From: Vicugna vicugna
Lineage: Eukaryota
Direction: 5' to 3'
DNA: 64,000 nt
Assembly (NCBI GenBank): GCA_013265495.1
Contig: MU058337.1
Span: 1,356,777 to 1,420,776, forward strand
The translations under genes and the position numbers were made by a program. How positions within the stretch are numbered: position 1 is the stretch's first letter; each line of letters begins with the position of its first letter. The notes under the pieces are model-generated. The model searched no databases and was not told where the DNA came from. It was given only the letters and a program-made list of their open reading frames with translations. This document shows positions 1 through 12,200 of this stretch, in pieces.

Positions 1-1579
1 CACAGTGCGACTGGCCAACCAGGAGTCTGGGAAGCAGGGGATGCACACATGTGAGGGGCAGATGTGAAGTTATGTACAACTGTTTTCACAAGAAAATTAA
101 AAAAGAGGAACTGAAGATAAGAAGACAGCCAACAGGAGATAAGACAAAAAGAAAACGCCTTCTGATATGAAGGCCCCATTTGAAGAGAGTAAACTGAAAA
201 AACCGAGGTAATTCCACAGATTCTCCAAACATAAAAACTATGTTTTGGTGGCAAACATTCCAGTCGTGGGCCTTTGTGGGTAGTCTATGCGCCTCTTATT
301 TTTAAATTTCTGCTGAAAATCCACCAACCATCCTATTTCTTTCTCCACTTTTATAGTGCTCCTTGAAAAATGGCATTTAAAAGAAGGAACTTCTTTTTTA
401 AAAAGGCACGTGTGATTTTTTTGGTGAAGACCTATTACTGTCTTATAAAGGTGAAGGTTTTATGCTGGTGGAAGAACCCAAAGACCAAATCTGAAAAGAA
501 GCTGGGAATCCCTGGGGCTTTGGAATGTTGAAAGGAACACTGTAGAAATAAACCTGTGGCTTTATTTAAATAAAAAGGACTGGCAGGCAGAGCCTCGACC
601 TTTGAAAAGTCCTACAGCAAGAGAATGGAACCTAATCCAAATGGATGGCTCAGTTAAATTAAGGCAAGGCTGGCAGAAAATGGCTCTAATTATTCTTCAG
701 AGGGACTGTGCTGCAGGCACTCTGCCATGTCTACATTCAAAGAGAAAATGCAAACACAAAAATAGGATGCAAATGGCTCCCCAGTGCACTAGTGTGTCTT
801 CAAGAAATGTTATGGGATTTTATTCTTGTTTTTAAATTTGCTACTTGTCCTCAAAAGCCATCATGTTGTTCACAACTCTCTTAAGGTTGAGCAGTTGAAC
901 CTTCTTCGGCTTCATGCTGGGCTGTCTACATTTGTCTGAGTACTTTTTTTTTTTTTTTTTTTAGTTTTGGGACTTTCCCATCAACGTAAACTGTGAAGTT
1001 CAATGTCAAATGGAATAGCACAACTCTCAGCTGGCTCTGTGAAAACGCAAGTACAAATGTGAACTCAAGATGTGGTTTCTAATGGGTGGAAAAGAAAAGA
1101 CGTGAAGTCAAGAGTATCTATTTAGGAAATGTGTCACTTTTTACTCTTCATACTTTTAAAAATATAATAAAATAAGATGACAGAAATTCTGGGTATTTGT
1201 AGAGTGTGATTATTGCCAGCTGTCTTTGTTTTTGATAAGGGTTTGGTTCCTGTTTACCCAACACAAGGAAAACAAGGTTATTGTGAAGGCTCCCCATGGC
1301 TGTTGACATAATACACCTCACAATTCTGGAAATGAGCGCTGCTTCCTGCTCAAAACTAAAGAGAAGAAATGAGATAGGAAGGATTCTGACACATTAAAAT
1401 AGTCGTAACAGCTATAATCAATAAAGCCTTTGGTTGATGAGTAATACTATTTCTACCTTCTCACCTACCATCAAACTATGTCAAATTATTCATGAGCTCT
1501 GTGAACTCACCAGGTATTTTTAGCTCTTCCTCTTTTCTGAAATACCATTCCTTTCTTCTCTCTTTTCCCGAACTGATAA

Positions 1580-1898
1580 ACATCCATTTTCCTTTAAAGC
1601 TCTAATTTCAATGCCACCTCTTCCAAAAGATTCTCCCCAAGTGTGTCAGGTACTAGACATTATCGTCTCCTCTGTACTTCTACAGCTTTTCATAAACACT
1701 ATCTTTTAACAAGTGTTATATAGTATCAGAATTAAATGTTTACATATGGCTGCCAACACTGGGCTACAAGTGTCCCACAGGCAAAATCTGTGGCTTTTTC
1801 ATCCTTCTGTCCCTGCAAACTAGTGGCACAGACACTGGCATATAGTGGTCCTTCAACATCCGTTTGTTAGACTGAATGGATGCATGAGTGAATGAATT
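1580..1898 (+). mobile_element. L2 LINE 3' fragment
   Basis: Ends 'cactggcatatagtggtccttcaacatccgtttgttagactgaatggatgcatgagtgaatgaa', resembling the L2 3' end (cctggcacatagtaggcgctcaataaat...tgaatgaa). Confidence 0.65.
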
Positions 1899-2504
1899 CA
1901 CTTCTCTGAATCAGTGCTATTATTTGTACCAGACATATCAAAATCGTAAGATCTTACAGGACTCTTATACAGGAAGCAAGAACAGACAACCTCGGGCAAA
2001 AATGAGCTGACCTAAGGGACTTCTAAATCTTTTCTAGCTCCAACCTTCTCTGATTTTACAGTTTTTAGGCATCAAAGTGGTGAGCCATCTCGTGATGTAG
2101 GATACTGGAAAGGGAATGGAGTTGTGGCATCGTTTGAGCATATTTTTACCTTCACTAACTTTTTCAGATGTATCCTAGAAGTTAGCACAGCAAATGAGCT
2201 CTCAGTGCTACATGGCTCTCTGTCCTGTCCTCTCTGGCTCCTACAGCAAGCATCCTAAGGTGGCGATCCTTCTCTGCTTATCCCTCCGCCCCATCTTACC
2301 TCAACGCACTGATGCTAAATAATTCATAACATCTTTTACCTTAGGCCCTGGGAGAGTCAACCAACGCTGGGTTGACTTTGGTCGTACTGTTAACTACATT
2401 AAGATCATCTACAGTTTTCGAAAGGAAGCCCTTCATTGATGTTTTCTTACTAAGCAGATTTTGACATTTATACAGGAAAAGAAGCTAGCTACCAAAATAG
2501 CATC

Positions 2505-2700
2505 TCGACAGAGAAAGGAAACTCGCTTGGAGGTAAACACTGTACATTCTGTTAAAAGATAAGGAAAATGACCATCAACACATTCACAAGCAAAATAGAA
2601 ATCTTGGAAGAGTGATGCCACACACCGGCCCCTGTTGAAGCTGACTCATCCAGAAATTTCTCTACAAGAAAACGAAATTGCACTCACAGTGCAAGCTGAC
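2505..2700. promoter_or_regulatory. Candidate enhancer motif cluster (IRF/ETS, FOX, GATA, AP-1)
   Basis: GAAAGGAAAC 2513-2522, GTAAACA 2533-2539, AGATAA 2557-2562, TGACTCA 2642-2648, GAAAACGAAA 2668-2677, all in non-repeat DNA. Confidence 0.4.
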
Positions 2701-4704
2701 CGATTATAGAGAGAAAAGATTTTTTTTCTGTCATAAATGAGTGTAGCCTTTCCATGTGAGCATGATCTTCACAGTCAATCACTTATTAGCTCAATAAACA
2801 TCTTTTATTTTTTTCTTCCATTCCAGGCTCCATACAAGATTGTGCAGGGATTATTCACAGACCTGGAGCGAAGGTTCCACAAACACTGGGAATGTTCAGA
2901 ACAGAACCAAACACAGAGATAGTTTCTCCCTCTCACACCACACAGGGGCCTCATCCCTTGTGGAACGGATAGCATTGGCCCAGCACCAAAGCCCCTTTCC
3001 TACATTTAAAAAAAAAAGTAAAATCATATTATCTATTTAAACATCTACCTTTTGCAACCTGTACCAACTACTAGCAAGTTTTCATTAGAAACAGACCCAT
3101 AGTTACTGTTTTCAAAGAATTGCAATATGGATAAGAGTAATATTAAAATATTTAAATAACGATAAAGAGGAAATGAGATGGAAGAGTGACTACACAACAC
3201 TGAGAAGGCAGGCACTCGGTGTTTTCCAAAGACACGTGATTGAGCTCAGATCACTCATGAGTTTGAATTCTGATTCCGACTATCATTAGTTTAAAAGTGC
3301 TGTAAATCCCAGCCTTTTATCTTAAAAATGTTCAGAGTTGGTGTGAAGATGAGAAATAAAGTGTTTAGCAGCAAATCATAACTATTTTTACAGGCTGTAA
3401 AGGCTTCGTGGAGGAGATGGAAACTGAGTTCCTCTTTAAAGGAGGACAGAAGTTGGGTAAATAAAGAGAAGGAGAGAACGTTCCTATTTGAATAGTCTCG
3501 CAAAACAAAGTCTCAGAAGCCTTCTGCTTGTCATGCTCAGATGTAGAGGCTCACAGACACACCTCAGTTGTACCACACACTCGAAATGCATTTTCCCTTA
3601 AAACGAAGCATCACCTGCAATCCATCAGCCAGGTACAATATCAGGAACTCCCTCACCACTTCCTTGGGTTTAATGGACAAATTACTCTGGCTGAGTTCTA
3701 ATCCCAGTTTAGTTGCAGCCTCCACCGGCTCCTCTCTCTGATTCCTCACTCCAGATGTTATGAGGATTAACCAATCGATTTGAAACACCTTGTAAAAACA
3801 TGGCAGGCCTTCTAATTCCTTTCTGAATTAATTCCTGTTCAGTCCACATTTTTACTGTGATGGAGTTGAAGCCGCCGGTACAACTGTGGCACACCTGACC
3901 CAGAACTCGAAAATTTCTCCAGCCTGTTAGTCTCGCATCACTTAAATATTGCAAAACCAGCAAAAATAGTGCTTCCAATTTCTACTTAAAGCAAGGGACT
4001 TCCCGGGGTAAGACTGCTGGGATGTTCTGTGCAGACCAATTTAGTATTGCCTCTCTTCTATTTAGTCCCATTTATGGACATGTTGCCAAAATTTCTAAGC
4101 TGTGCAAAATCAATTCAAAATCACAGTGAGAATTAGGCTTTGTAGCTGTATTCATCTTAATATCCAGAAGAGCATGGGCTTCTCAACGTCTGTTGGTTTT
4201 TTCTCCCCATGAGAAGGAAGTGTAATCAATCATATCTGGCCGGACTCCTAGATATCTGGCCGGATACCGGGGAAGGCTGGGCTAATTGGGGCTGCTGCAT
4301 TGCAGGGGCAATCTTCCCCTGTCAGCCCTCTGAGACCCCCACAGACCACACTATGGGCGGTGCCATCCCAGCAGTCTGCAGGATACGCTCTTCCCAACTG
4401 GAGATCAAGTGCACGTCTCAGGGCAGACACTTAACACTAAGACTGGACTCAAAACACTAACAAGTTCAGTGGGTCAGTCAATACAAGGCAGAGAATCCTA
4501 GACAAACTGCATTTCCAACATATAACAGACCACTGGTAACTTGTAATACAGCCTGAGAACACCACAAAACCCGAAAACGTTATAGATGGCTGAGGAAACT
4601 TTCTCTCACTGTCCGTTAGCCATGTTATAGTACAGCTAAGTGTGTCACTGGTCACAGCGGTAGGATGTTATCATTAAAATATATTCACTTTAAAATTTAT
4701 TTTA

Positions 4705-4720
4705 AAAAGAGTCTGGATAA

Positions 4721-4763
<43 letters not shown>

Positions 4764-4867
4764 ATATATATGTATGTATATGTATAACTGAATCACTTTG
4801 CTGTACACCTGAAACTAACACACCACTGTAAATCAACTCTACTTCAATAAAAATAAAATTAAAAATA
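4705..4867 (+). mobile_element. 5'-truncated L1 3' tail with internal (TA)n microsatellite
   Basis: 'ataactgaatcactttgctgtacacctgaaactaacac...tgtaaatcaactctacttcaataaaa' is the typical laurasiatherian L1 3' terminus; (TA)n at ~4723-4770. Confidence 0.8.
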
Positions 4868-5199
4868 ATTATTTCCCATAAGCATAGACTTAAATCTTTA
4901 GGAAAACACATGAAAGTACCATTCCCAGGGTGATACCCTATTTACTCATAATGGCACGTAATGATAAAAATGCCCTTAATTTACAAATCTACCTGCGTGG
5001 ACCCCATAGATACAGCCTTTTTGATCAATCGAGGATTCTAGAGTTAAAAAACAGACATGAATCTCAGTAAAGGAGTCCTATAGAAGGAGGAGGAGGAGGA
5101 GAAGAAAGTTGTCAAAAGCTTCTGACCAGAAAATCCACCTCAAAACCCTAGAAGCGTCTAAAACGGTGAAATTGATCCAGCTGTGGATGCTTAAGGACA

Positions 5200-5620
5200 G
5201 ACAGCACCAGCAGCATCGTTCGCGTGGCACCCAGCCCCGCAGCACCGCCTCGGCCCGCCCCGCACAGAACTCAGAACTCTCTTCCACGAGGCAGACCTTA
5301 TCTGACATCTCCACTGCTGCTGCTGGGGTCACGGCTCGCCTTTGAAGGGGTTTCAAAGTAAAACAAGATAAGAAGCACCTTTTCAAAAAGAATCTTTCCG
5401 ACGGAGTACTGTGATGCGAAAGAGTGAAGTGCGAGAGCCCTGGTATCTTCCCCAGAGCACTTTCTCGTCTTTTTCACAGATAAGTAAACTTGCCAGGGGC
5501 GGGGGTGCCAGGGGAGGAGAGCGCAGCCAGATAAGAGACAGACGGTGCCTGTTCTCCCTGGAAGGGGAAACCGCTGGTGTGCGGGGCAGGCAGACTGCTT
5601 GTCTGTTCACACTGCTAGGT
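5200..5620 (-). promoter_or_regulatory. CpG-enriched, GATA-rich candidate alternative promoter
   Basis: Local CpG retention; GC box GGGGCGGGG ~5495-5503; WGATAA sites at 5298-5303, ~5365, ~5477 (overlapping FOX-like AGTAAAC) and ~5529. Confidence 0.55.
5297..5308 (-). CDS. Candidate 4-codon coding part (MSDK) of an alternative first exon, phase 0
   Basis: Minus strand gcagtggagATG TCA GAT AAG|gtctgc; purine at -3 and AAG|GT donor directly downstream of the promoter-like region; donor +3..+6 is non-consensus. Confidence 0.35.
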
Positions 5621-5932
5621 CCAGGAGGAGTACACGAAAGACATTGAAAAAAGATGTGATGGGGTCCCTGGATCCCTGAGTCATAACCAGCTGGTAATAT
5701 ACAAACTAGGGGGAATTTCGTCCAAGGGTTGGAACTAATTAGTTATGTCAGTTATTTAATGTTGGATATAGTGTTAGGAAATATGCTATCAACTGGCGTA
5801 TGACCTGTAATATATCAATTTCAATATAAAAGTTTGCATCTCAGTCCCAAGCCTCCAAAATTAGACATTGGTCCTTCATCATTACTGCCTGCGTCTCGCC
5901 CTTCCTTGACTTGATAAGGTCCTTATCCTTGC

Positions 5933-5993
5933 AAAGATAAACAAAATTGATAAACCTTTAGCCAGACTCACCAAGGAAAAGGGGAAGAGGACT
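5933..5993 (+). mobile_element. Short internal L1 ORF2 fragment
   Basis: 'aaagataaacaaaattgataaacctttagccagactcaccaaggaaaaggggaagaggact' matches the KINKIDKPLARL segment of L1 ORF2; a degenerate homologue lies at ~21311-21370. Confidence 0.75.
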
Positions 5994-6389
5994 GGTTGTG
6001 CTTTTAAAGGAAAAGGTGAGGTAGAAAGAGAGGGATGCTGGCCTGGAAGGGAGAGGCCTTTCTTCCCTCACTGGCTAGTGATGTTTGCAAATCCTTTCTT
6101 CTTGGGTCTGGGTTGCTATAAACTATCACATACCTTTGCCATTAAGGTGCTGGGAGTGCTGGTGTCTTGAGAACTTTTGAGCCCTCAAATCTCCAAGCCT
6201 GGTCTTTCCTGAGCCCCCACAGGCTTGAGACATTTCTGCCTCTGAGTGGTAATAACAGTTTTTGCCAGAGCTCTTAACTTGGCCATTAGTCAAGGACTGT
6301 GTGACATCTCTTTCACAGTCAGCGCTGGCTTAAACATGAACTGCTTTCTACATCCTCGTGCCCTGCCCATTCCTACCCCCATTCAGTGT

Positions 6390-6530
6390 CATTTCTATCA
6401 TGATTATTCATGTATTTAGGCTTTACCTCCACCACTAGACTAAAAGCTCCTTGCAAGTAGAGCTTTTGTCTAGGCATCTCTGTATCTCTCACAGGACTCC
6501 GGGACATGATGGGACTCAATAAATCTGGAC
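6390..6530 (+). mobile_element. L2 3' fragment
   Basis: 'ctagactaaaagctccttgcaagtagag...gggactcaataaat' resembles the L2 3' consensus. Confidence 0.6.
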
Positions 6531-8426
6531 TGATTTGGTTTTTGTTTGAATATCATTGTCTTTGAGGAAAATGGGATCTGATCTGTGACATTATAACAAA
6601 CAACTGAATACCAGAAGCCTGTCTAGTAAGGAGCTCCCTTGCGCTTCTCTGAATACAAATACAATGGCTGTTTTCATGGGGCAAAGACAATTATAGAATC
6701 AGAGCCCAGGTCAGGGCCGGCTCTGGGTGTCCATGACCCCCCCCACACCCCCGGCCTGTCCAGCTTCCGAGGGCGCAGGAAGGTGGGTCCAGGTCCCGTG
6801 TGGGCATCCCCCACCTGCGTCTGTGCTGCCGCTGGCTCCTCCAAAAGGCTACTCTGTTTATTCCACGTGCACCTCATCTGGCCTTTGTCACGCTGGCCTG
6901 TAAGTTGCTCCAGTTCTGACTACCCAGTCTGCCTTCACGTTCTTTCCTCTGGTCAAGTATGCACTTCTTTTTTTTTTAATTACATTTATCAAAGTCACAG
7001 CACGTGACAGGTATTCTGGAGAGGAGGGGCTGCCGTGCTGACGGGCCTGACTTGGAGTGTGGAGCAGACTAGGACTGATGATGTAACGTATGTTTCCATT
7101 TCTACGGGAAGATTAGCAGGTCTCATCCTCACCTTGCAAAACCTAAAATTCCAACACAGTTAACTCTGCTTTCCAAAACCCATTAAGTCATTGAGATGGG
7201 TTTTAAAAAATATTCCTAGATTTTGAATCTTAAATGTGCTTTGCAATTGGTTTATTTCCTCAATAGTAAACGTTTTGAATTCAACATAAGAAGACAATCT
7301 CACACAATTTAAAAACCCTGTAAAGGTTGTCTACATTAAGGATAGTCTGCAAAAGTCTGCATAAAGCCCTTTCATAGAATAGTGCAATTATGCCACAGAG
7401 ATTTTCCATCTTTAGCATTGTTCAGAACGTTATAAATACCAGCTAATGGGATGTTATTTACATGAAGTTCAATGATGCGCCTTGATTCTTAATCACAGCT
7501 GCACAGAAGACCATGCAGACCATGCCGTTTTCTCCATTATGAGAGGGTTAAAGGGTCTACTTTCATCAGAATTGCTTCAGGTTTTCCTTCCTGAAGAAAA
7601 GGAAGTTGACTGGCTTGCTCGGATTCCATACTTCAGTGTTATTAAGGTATTTTAAACTCCTGCTCCCTTTTTATGAATGTGAAAATCTCATGCATTAAAA
7701 AATGGTTTAATGTATCAAAATAATTTAGATACCATGGCTAAAAACCACTTGAAGTAATGGAACTCAGCACTACTTAGATGCCAGTCTACATCCCGGACCC
7801 CAGACACCACCCTCCGGTCCAACAGTCCCCTTCAGACGCTCCCTCCAGGAGGTGGCATGGCGGCTCCTCATCTCTGCAGTGGGAGGTATCCATGTGCAGG
7901 ACAGGCCCAGGAGCCACAGCACGGAAGACAGACAGCAAAACCTAATGAACTGAATGATTGCTTAATTAGTCTATATTTTTAAATATAAGGCAGTCAACCA
8001 AAAGGTGGGGGCCAGTTGGCAGCCAGCAAGAAGACAAACAAGTAACAGGAGAGTTGGGAAGAAGAGAGAGCATTCGGAGGTGCCCATTTTTGTCCAGATT
8101 TCCAGGCAAGCAGCCCCACTTTGAAATCTACTTTGCGTGCAGCCACCCGACTTGCATCCCCAAATGAAGAGTGTGTCTTCCCCTCCTTTCCCTTTCTCTT
8201 TTCCTTCTTTCCTTTCTTTCCCTCCTGTCTTCTGCCTGCTCCAATGTCCCCCTCTCAGGACCTTCTCCCGGGACACTTAGTCTCTTGCTCAACACACAGC
8301 ACCAAGCTGTGTTGTTAATATACATTCCCCTTCCTGGTGTCTCCAACCCGCAAAGCAAGGGAGGTTGCCAGTGGCACCACCAGGTACAGGGGACACTGGA
8401 AGGGAAGAGAGGGAGAGACTCATGCA

Positions 8427-8448
8427 GCACACACACACACACACACAC
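8427..8448. repeat. (CA)n microsatellite
   Basis: Direct reading. Confidence 0.95.
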
Positions 8449-10479
8449 CCTGGAATCCCATCAAATACCCACTCACCCAAGTTTGCCATTATCCCTCTTT
8501 CAAAGAGACATGCAGAGATGAGTCAAATGATTTGCTACAAATTCCACAAACCCAGAGTGAAGTGCTTCATTCCAAGTACATGCCATTTTGTGCTGAAACC
8601 AACGAGTTTGTGGTGCTTGAGGAAGATGACATAGCATTTTATTAAACAATTCCTTTGGGGGTTTGTACACATTGCTTGTTGGGGAAAGAAAATCTTTAGA
8701 CCTTCAAGGTAACAGTAATCATTAACTTGAACCTTCCTACACTCTCCCTTCCAAAAAAACTCTTCTGTGGAAGAGGCAGCTGGGGTGATAGGCCTGGTGT
8801 GCAGGGAAAAGCGTGTGGGGAGGGGACAGCGGGCCTGGCCTGGGCTGAATCAAGCTAATGAAGCATGATGAAACAGTCACAAGACGGTTCTCCCTGAGAT
8901 TGACAAGGTAAGTCCAGCTTTCCCACCTTCTCGGGGCCCTAGCTGAGTGTGAGTAATGAAAACATGCTCCGTCACTGTGGACCGGCTTTGCGTTTGGACG
9001 TTACAGGGCTGTGGCCGTCTGGGCACCACTGTTTGGGAAAGGCAAGGCCTGGATGCTCCCACGGAATCTCGTCCCACAGAATCCTGTCAAGGGCCATACG
9101 TTTGTGAGGGAGGCAAAGATTTGCAAAACAATTGGCGGCAGCAATGAAGAGAGTCTCGCCTCAGGGCTCTGCTGGTGGTGCGATGCCAGAAGGTGGAGAG
9201 GCAGGTGCTCCCTCCGGAGCGCTGGCGCCCTCGGCCATCAGGGAAGCACTGCTGCTTCCTTTCACCCTCGGGTTTCTTGGCAGAGGACAGTGTTTGACAG
9301 AATTAGATTTATTTAAATCTCTGCATACAACGGATTCCATTGCATGTGGATTTATAAATCAATAATGTATTCTCTTCAAAAATAGCTACTTCCTTCTTTT
9401 TTTCCTGTCTCAATTTAGGTATTTTTAAGACATTAAGGTCGTTATTAAGACCTTGATGTCTCACCACCACTATTTTTCTTAAAATAAGTTTCCTTTAGTT
9501 TGTGTTTTCGTTTTTTTTAAAGTAGAAGAACTAGTCATATAAGATTTTAAGTTAGCTTTGTAAAACTGGAATGAGTGAGACTTTTACTAGATTCTTCGGA
9601 ATGTAATTAGTTGCTTCTTCTTTTTCTTCTTCTCCTTTTGAAATTAAATAATCATTTTTCTGAATAAAAATGCATTTTTAATTGCAAAGCTAAGTGTGGA
9701 ATTTCATAGTATATAATTTTAATTCCCTGAAAGTCAGTCCAAACCAATCACTGTTCTTAGTTATTCCACTGCAACTTTAAGCCTGGGAATATTTATCTCT
9801 TCTACAGTTATTTAAAAATAATTTTGTAATATGTTCCTATAAAGGGTTGAGTCATACTACTGAAACATCATATTTAAATTGTCAGAAAATACCAAAGCAT
9901 ATAATAGCATTATTATTTGTAAGAATAGGAAATTGATGTAATAGAAAAGGTAAAATTTTTGAAGACAGATACTTAATGATACACTAGCCAAGTCACTTAT
10001 CCTCTCTGAGCCTGATATTCTATATCATAAATAGGGATCTAGTTTTTGGCACAAAATAGATAGAAGCTGAAAATACGCAGCTGAAAAAACGAGAAAGTCA
10101 AAAACTTAATTTATCTTATATCCCTGCAAAAGTTTCTGGAAAAAAATCAGTGATTTTAGTAAAGCATAAATCTGACCTTCAGTTATTATACAGAACAAAA
10201 TGTACCATGCACTTGAGTAAGCTGCTTTTCCACCAGCATACCAGCATCAACTGTTTCTAATAGAGCCAAGAGCCCGGAAATAAGTCAGAATACTTCTTAG
10301 CACCCACAAGTGCTGTCATAAAATCAGTGACCTCAAACTCATTCACTCAATCCTAAAAGAATGCCTTACAATTTTTAAAGGAAATATGCCAATAGTTCAT
10401 ACACAAAAAGCTTATATATAGTTTATATATCAAAATCTATATTTATAGATAAATAAACCAGGTAAGAAGGAACAACTAT

Positions 10480-11510
10480 AGATAAGTCATGCAAGAAGGA
10501 AAACAAGTTGGTAGGAAATACAGAGAAGACAATCAGTTTTAGTAGCAGAGAACTACAAATTGAAATAAAAGACATACTTTTTAAAAAACTGAAGTATAGT
10601 TGATTTACAGCATTGTGTTAGTTTCAGGTGCACAGCAAAGTGATCCAGATATATACATATTATTTTTCAGATTCTTTTCCATCATAGTTTATTTTAAGAT
10701 ATTGAATATAGTTCCCTGTGCTATACAGTAAGCCCTTATTTTATATATATAGTAGTGTGCATCTGTTACTCTCATATTCCTAATACTATTTTCATTGTTA
10801 AATAAGCCAATATTTATTTTTAATGATAATATTCAAAGTGTATAAGGGTTAGGTGAAGTCGCTCCCTTGTATACTGGTGATAGACATGTTAAGTTGTATA
10901 GCAATTCTGAAAAGTAATGTGGGAAATATTTGTTAAGTTCTGTAAAAAATGTTATTCACTTTAACAAAGTAACTTCCTTCCAGAACTCCATTTTAAAGAA
11001 ATAATTAAAACTGTGGACAAAATTTATACATAAAGATGTTTCTCCCAGCACTATTTATAATAGCTAAAAATGGAAACAAGATAATTCAAAAATAGGTTCA
11101 GATTTATGCAAATTAAAATACAGCTGTGATTGAAAATTATGCCTGTAATTTTAATGAAAAAACATATTCTCAAAAATTATTAATATCCTTGGAAAATGCT
11201 CATAGAAGAATGCTTAGCGAAGAATGAATAATGCAAAGTACCATATACCAAAATTATCCCAATTGTGTAAAATGGTGTCATATAGATTATAGCATTATAT
11301 GTGTAAGTAATGCCTGCATATTTACATGTAAACACACAAATCTGTATTTGCATGTTGATGTTTAAATATATAGATTCCAATGGTAGCAGGATCATCTCGG
11401 ACTAGCTTACATATTACGTCTTCCATGAAACTGTTCTGTTTTTCCAAAACTCCCACTGAGTCCATATTATTATTATATAATCAGCATTATACATTATACT
11501 TAGAAAAATG
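10480..11510 (+). mobile_element. Old L1ME-like 3' region, interrupted by a younger L1 tail
   Basis: Degenerate motifs 'ttgtatactggtgatagacatgttaagttgtatagcaattctgaaaagtaatgtgg' and 'cagcactatttataatagctaaaaatggaaac'. Confidence 0.6.
10577..10785 (-). mobile_element. Younger L1 3' tail nested antisense in L1ME
   Basis: 'actgaagtatagttgatttacagcattgtgttagtttcaggtgcacagcaaagtga...agttccctgtgctatacagta' is the reverse complement of the L1 3' end. Confidence 0.8.
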
Positions 11511-11837
11511 ACTCATTAAGCATAATTATTTTTCAGTGCTGCTCAGAGCCTAGTTGCTTGTGTTATAGATCACTTTGGCAGATGGTGATCTGGTTTGCTG
11601 ATGAGTAACTGATTAGGATTAACTGATGAGGAAAAGAAAGGTGGGGGGTGAGTTTACTGGTAGCAGCGCTCACCAAGGCCCACCCCCCTAGACTGATAGC
11701 AAGTCCTCCCATTAGTAAGAATGAACTTTAACAGACCCTCAGAGAACCAGACGGGGGGGATGGAAGCAATAAGCCTATAAAATGTTGAGAAAGGCTTATC
11801 TCTGAATCTCTAAGTTGGACCTGTAACATGATGGTGG

Positions 11838-12020
11838 GGCCTTGAGTCAGGCAGGCTGGTTTCAAACCCCAGTTTCACCCCACCTGGTGCTCAGTTCCAA
11901 ATCAGAAAAAGTGGGATGAATGTAGCACCTGTCTCACAGTGTTGTTTGAGTGTTGAAGACCTGATTCAGGGAAGGATGCAACACTGTGCCTGACAACGAG
12001 CTGTGTGGCTGTTATGAAGG
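11838..12020 (+). mobile_element. MIR SINE
   Basis: 'gagtcaggcaggctggtttcaaaccccagtttcacc...ctcagttcc...aaaagtggg...acctgtctcacagtgttg'. Confidence 0.6.
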
Positions 12021-12049
12021 TGATTATTGTCTAAATGATGCTCTCAAGG

Positions 12050-12200
12050 GCAAAGTTTCTCCAAGTGTGACTCCCCTGACTGCCTGGACCAGAATCAGGA
12101 GGAAAGCTTGCCACAGACGTAGTTTCAACGTTACTGAGTATGAATTTCTGGAATGGGTCCCGAGAACGTGCATTTTTGACAAGCACCAAGGTTGTTAAGA
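12050..12200. mobile_element. MER5-like hAT-Charlie DNA transposon remnant
   Basis: 'tttctccaagtgtg...agaatca...tactgagtatgaatttctggaatgggtcccgagaacgtgcatttttgacaagc'. Confidence 0.5.

Noticed and set aside
841..915. Minus-strand mini-ORF MKPKKVQLLNLKRVVNNMMAFEDK
   Set aside because: 24 codons, no convincing splice sites, no recognised homology.
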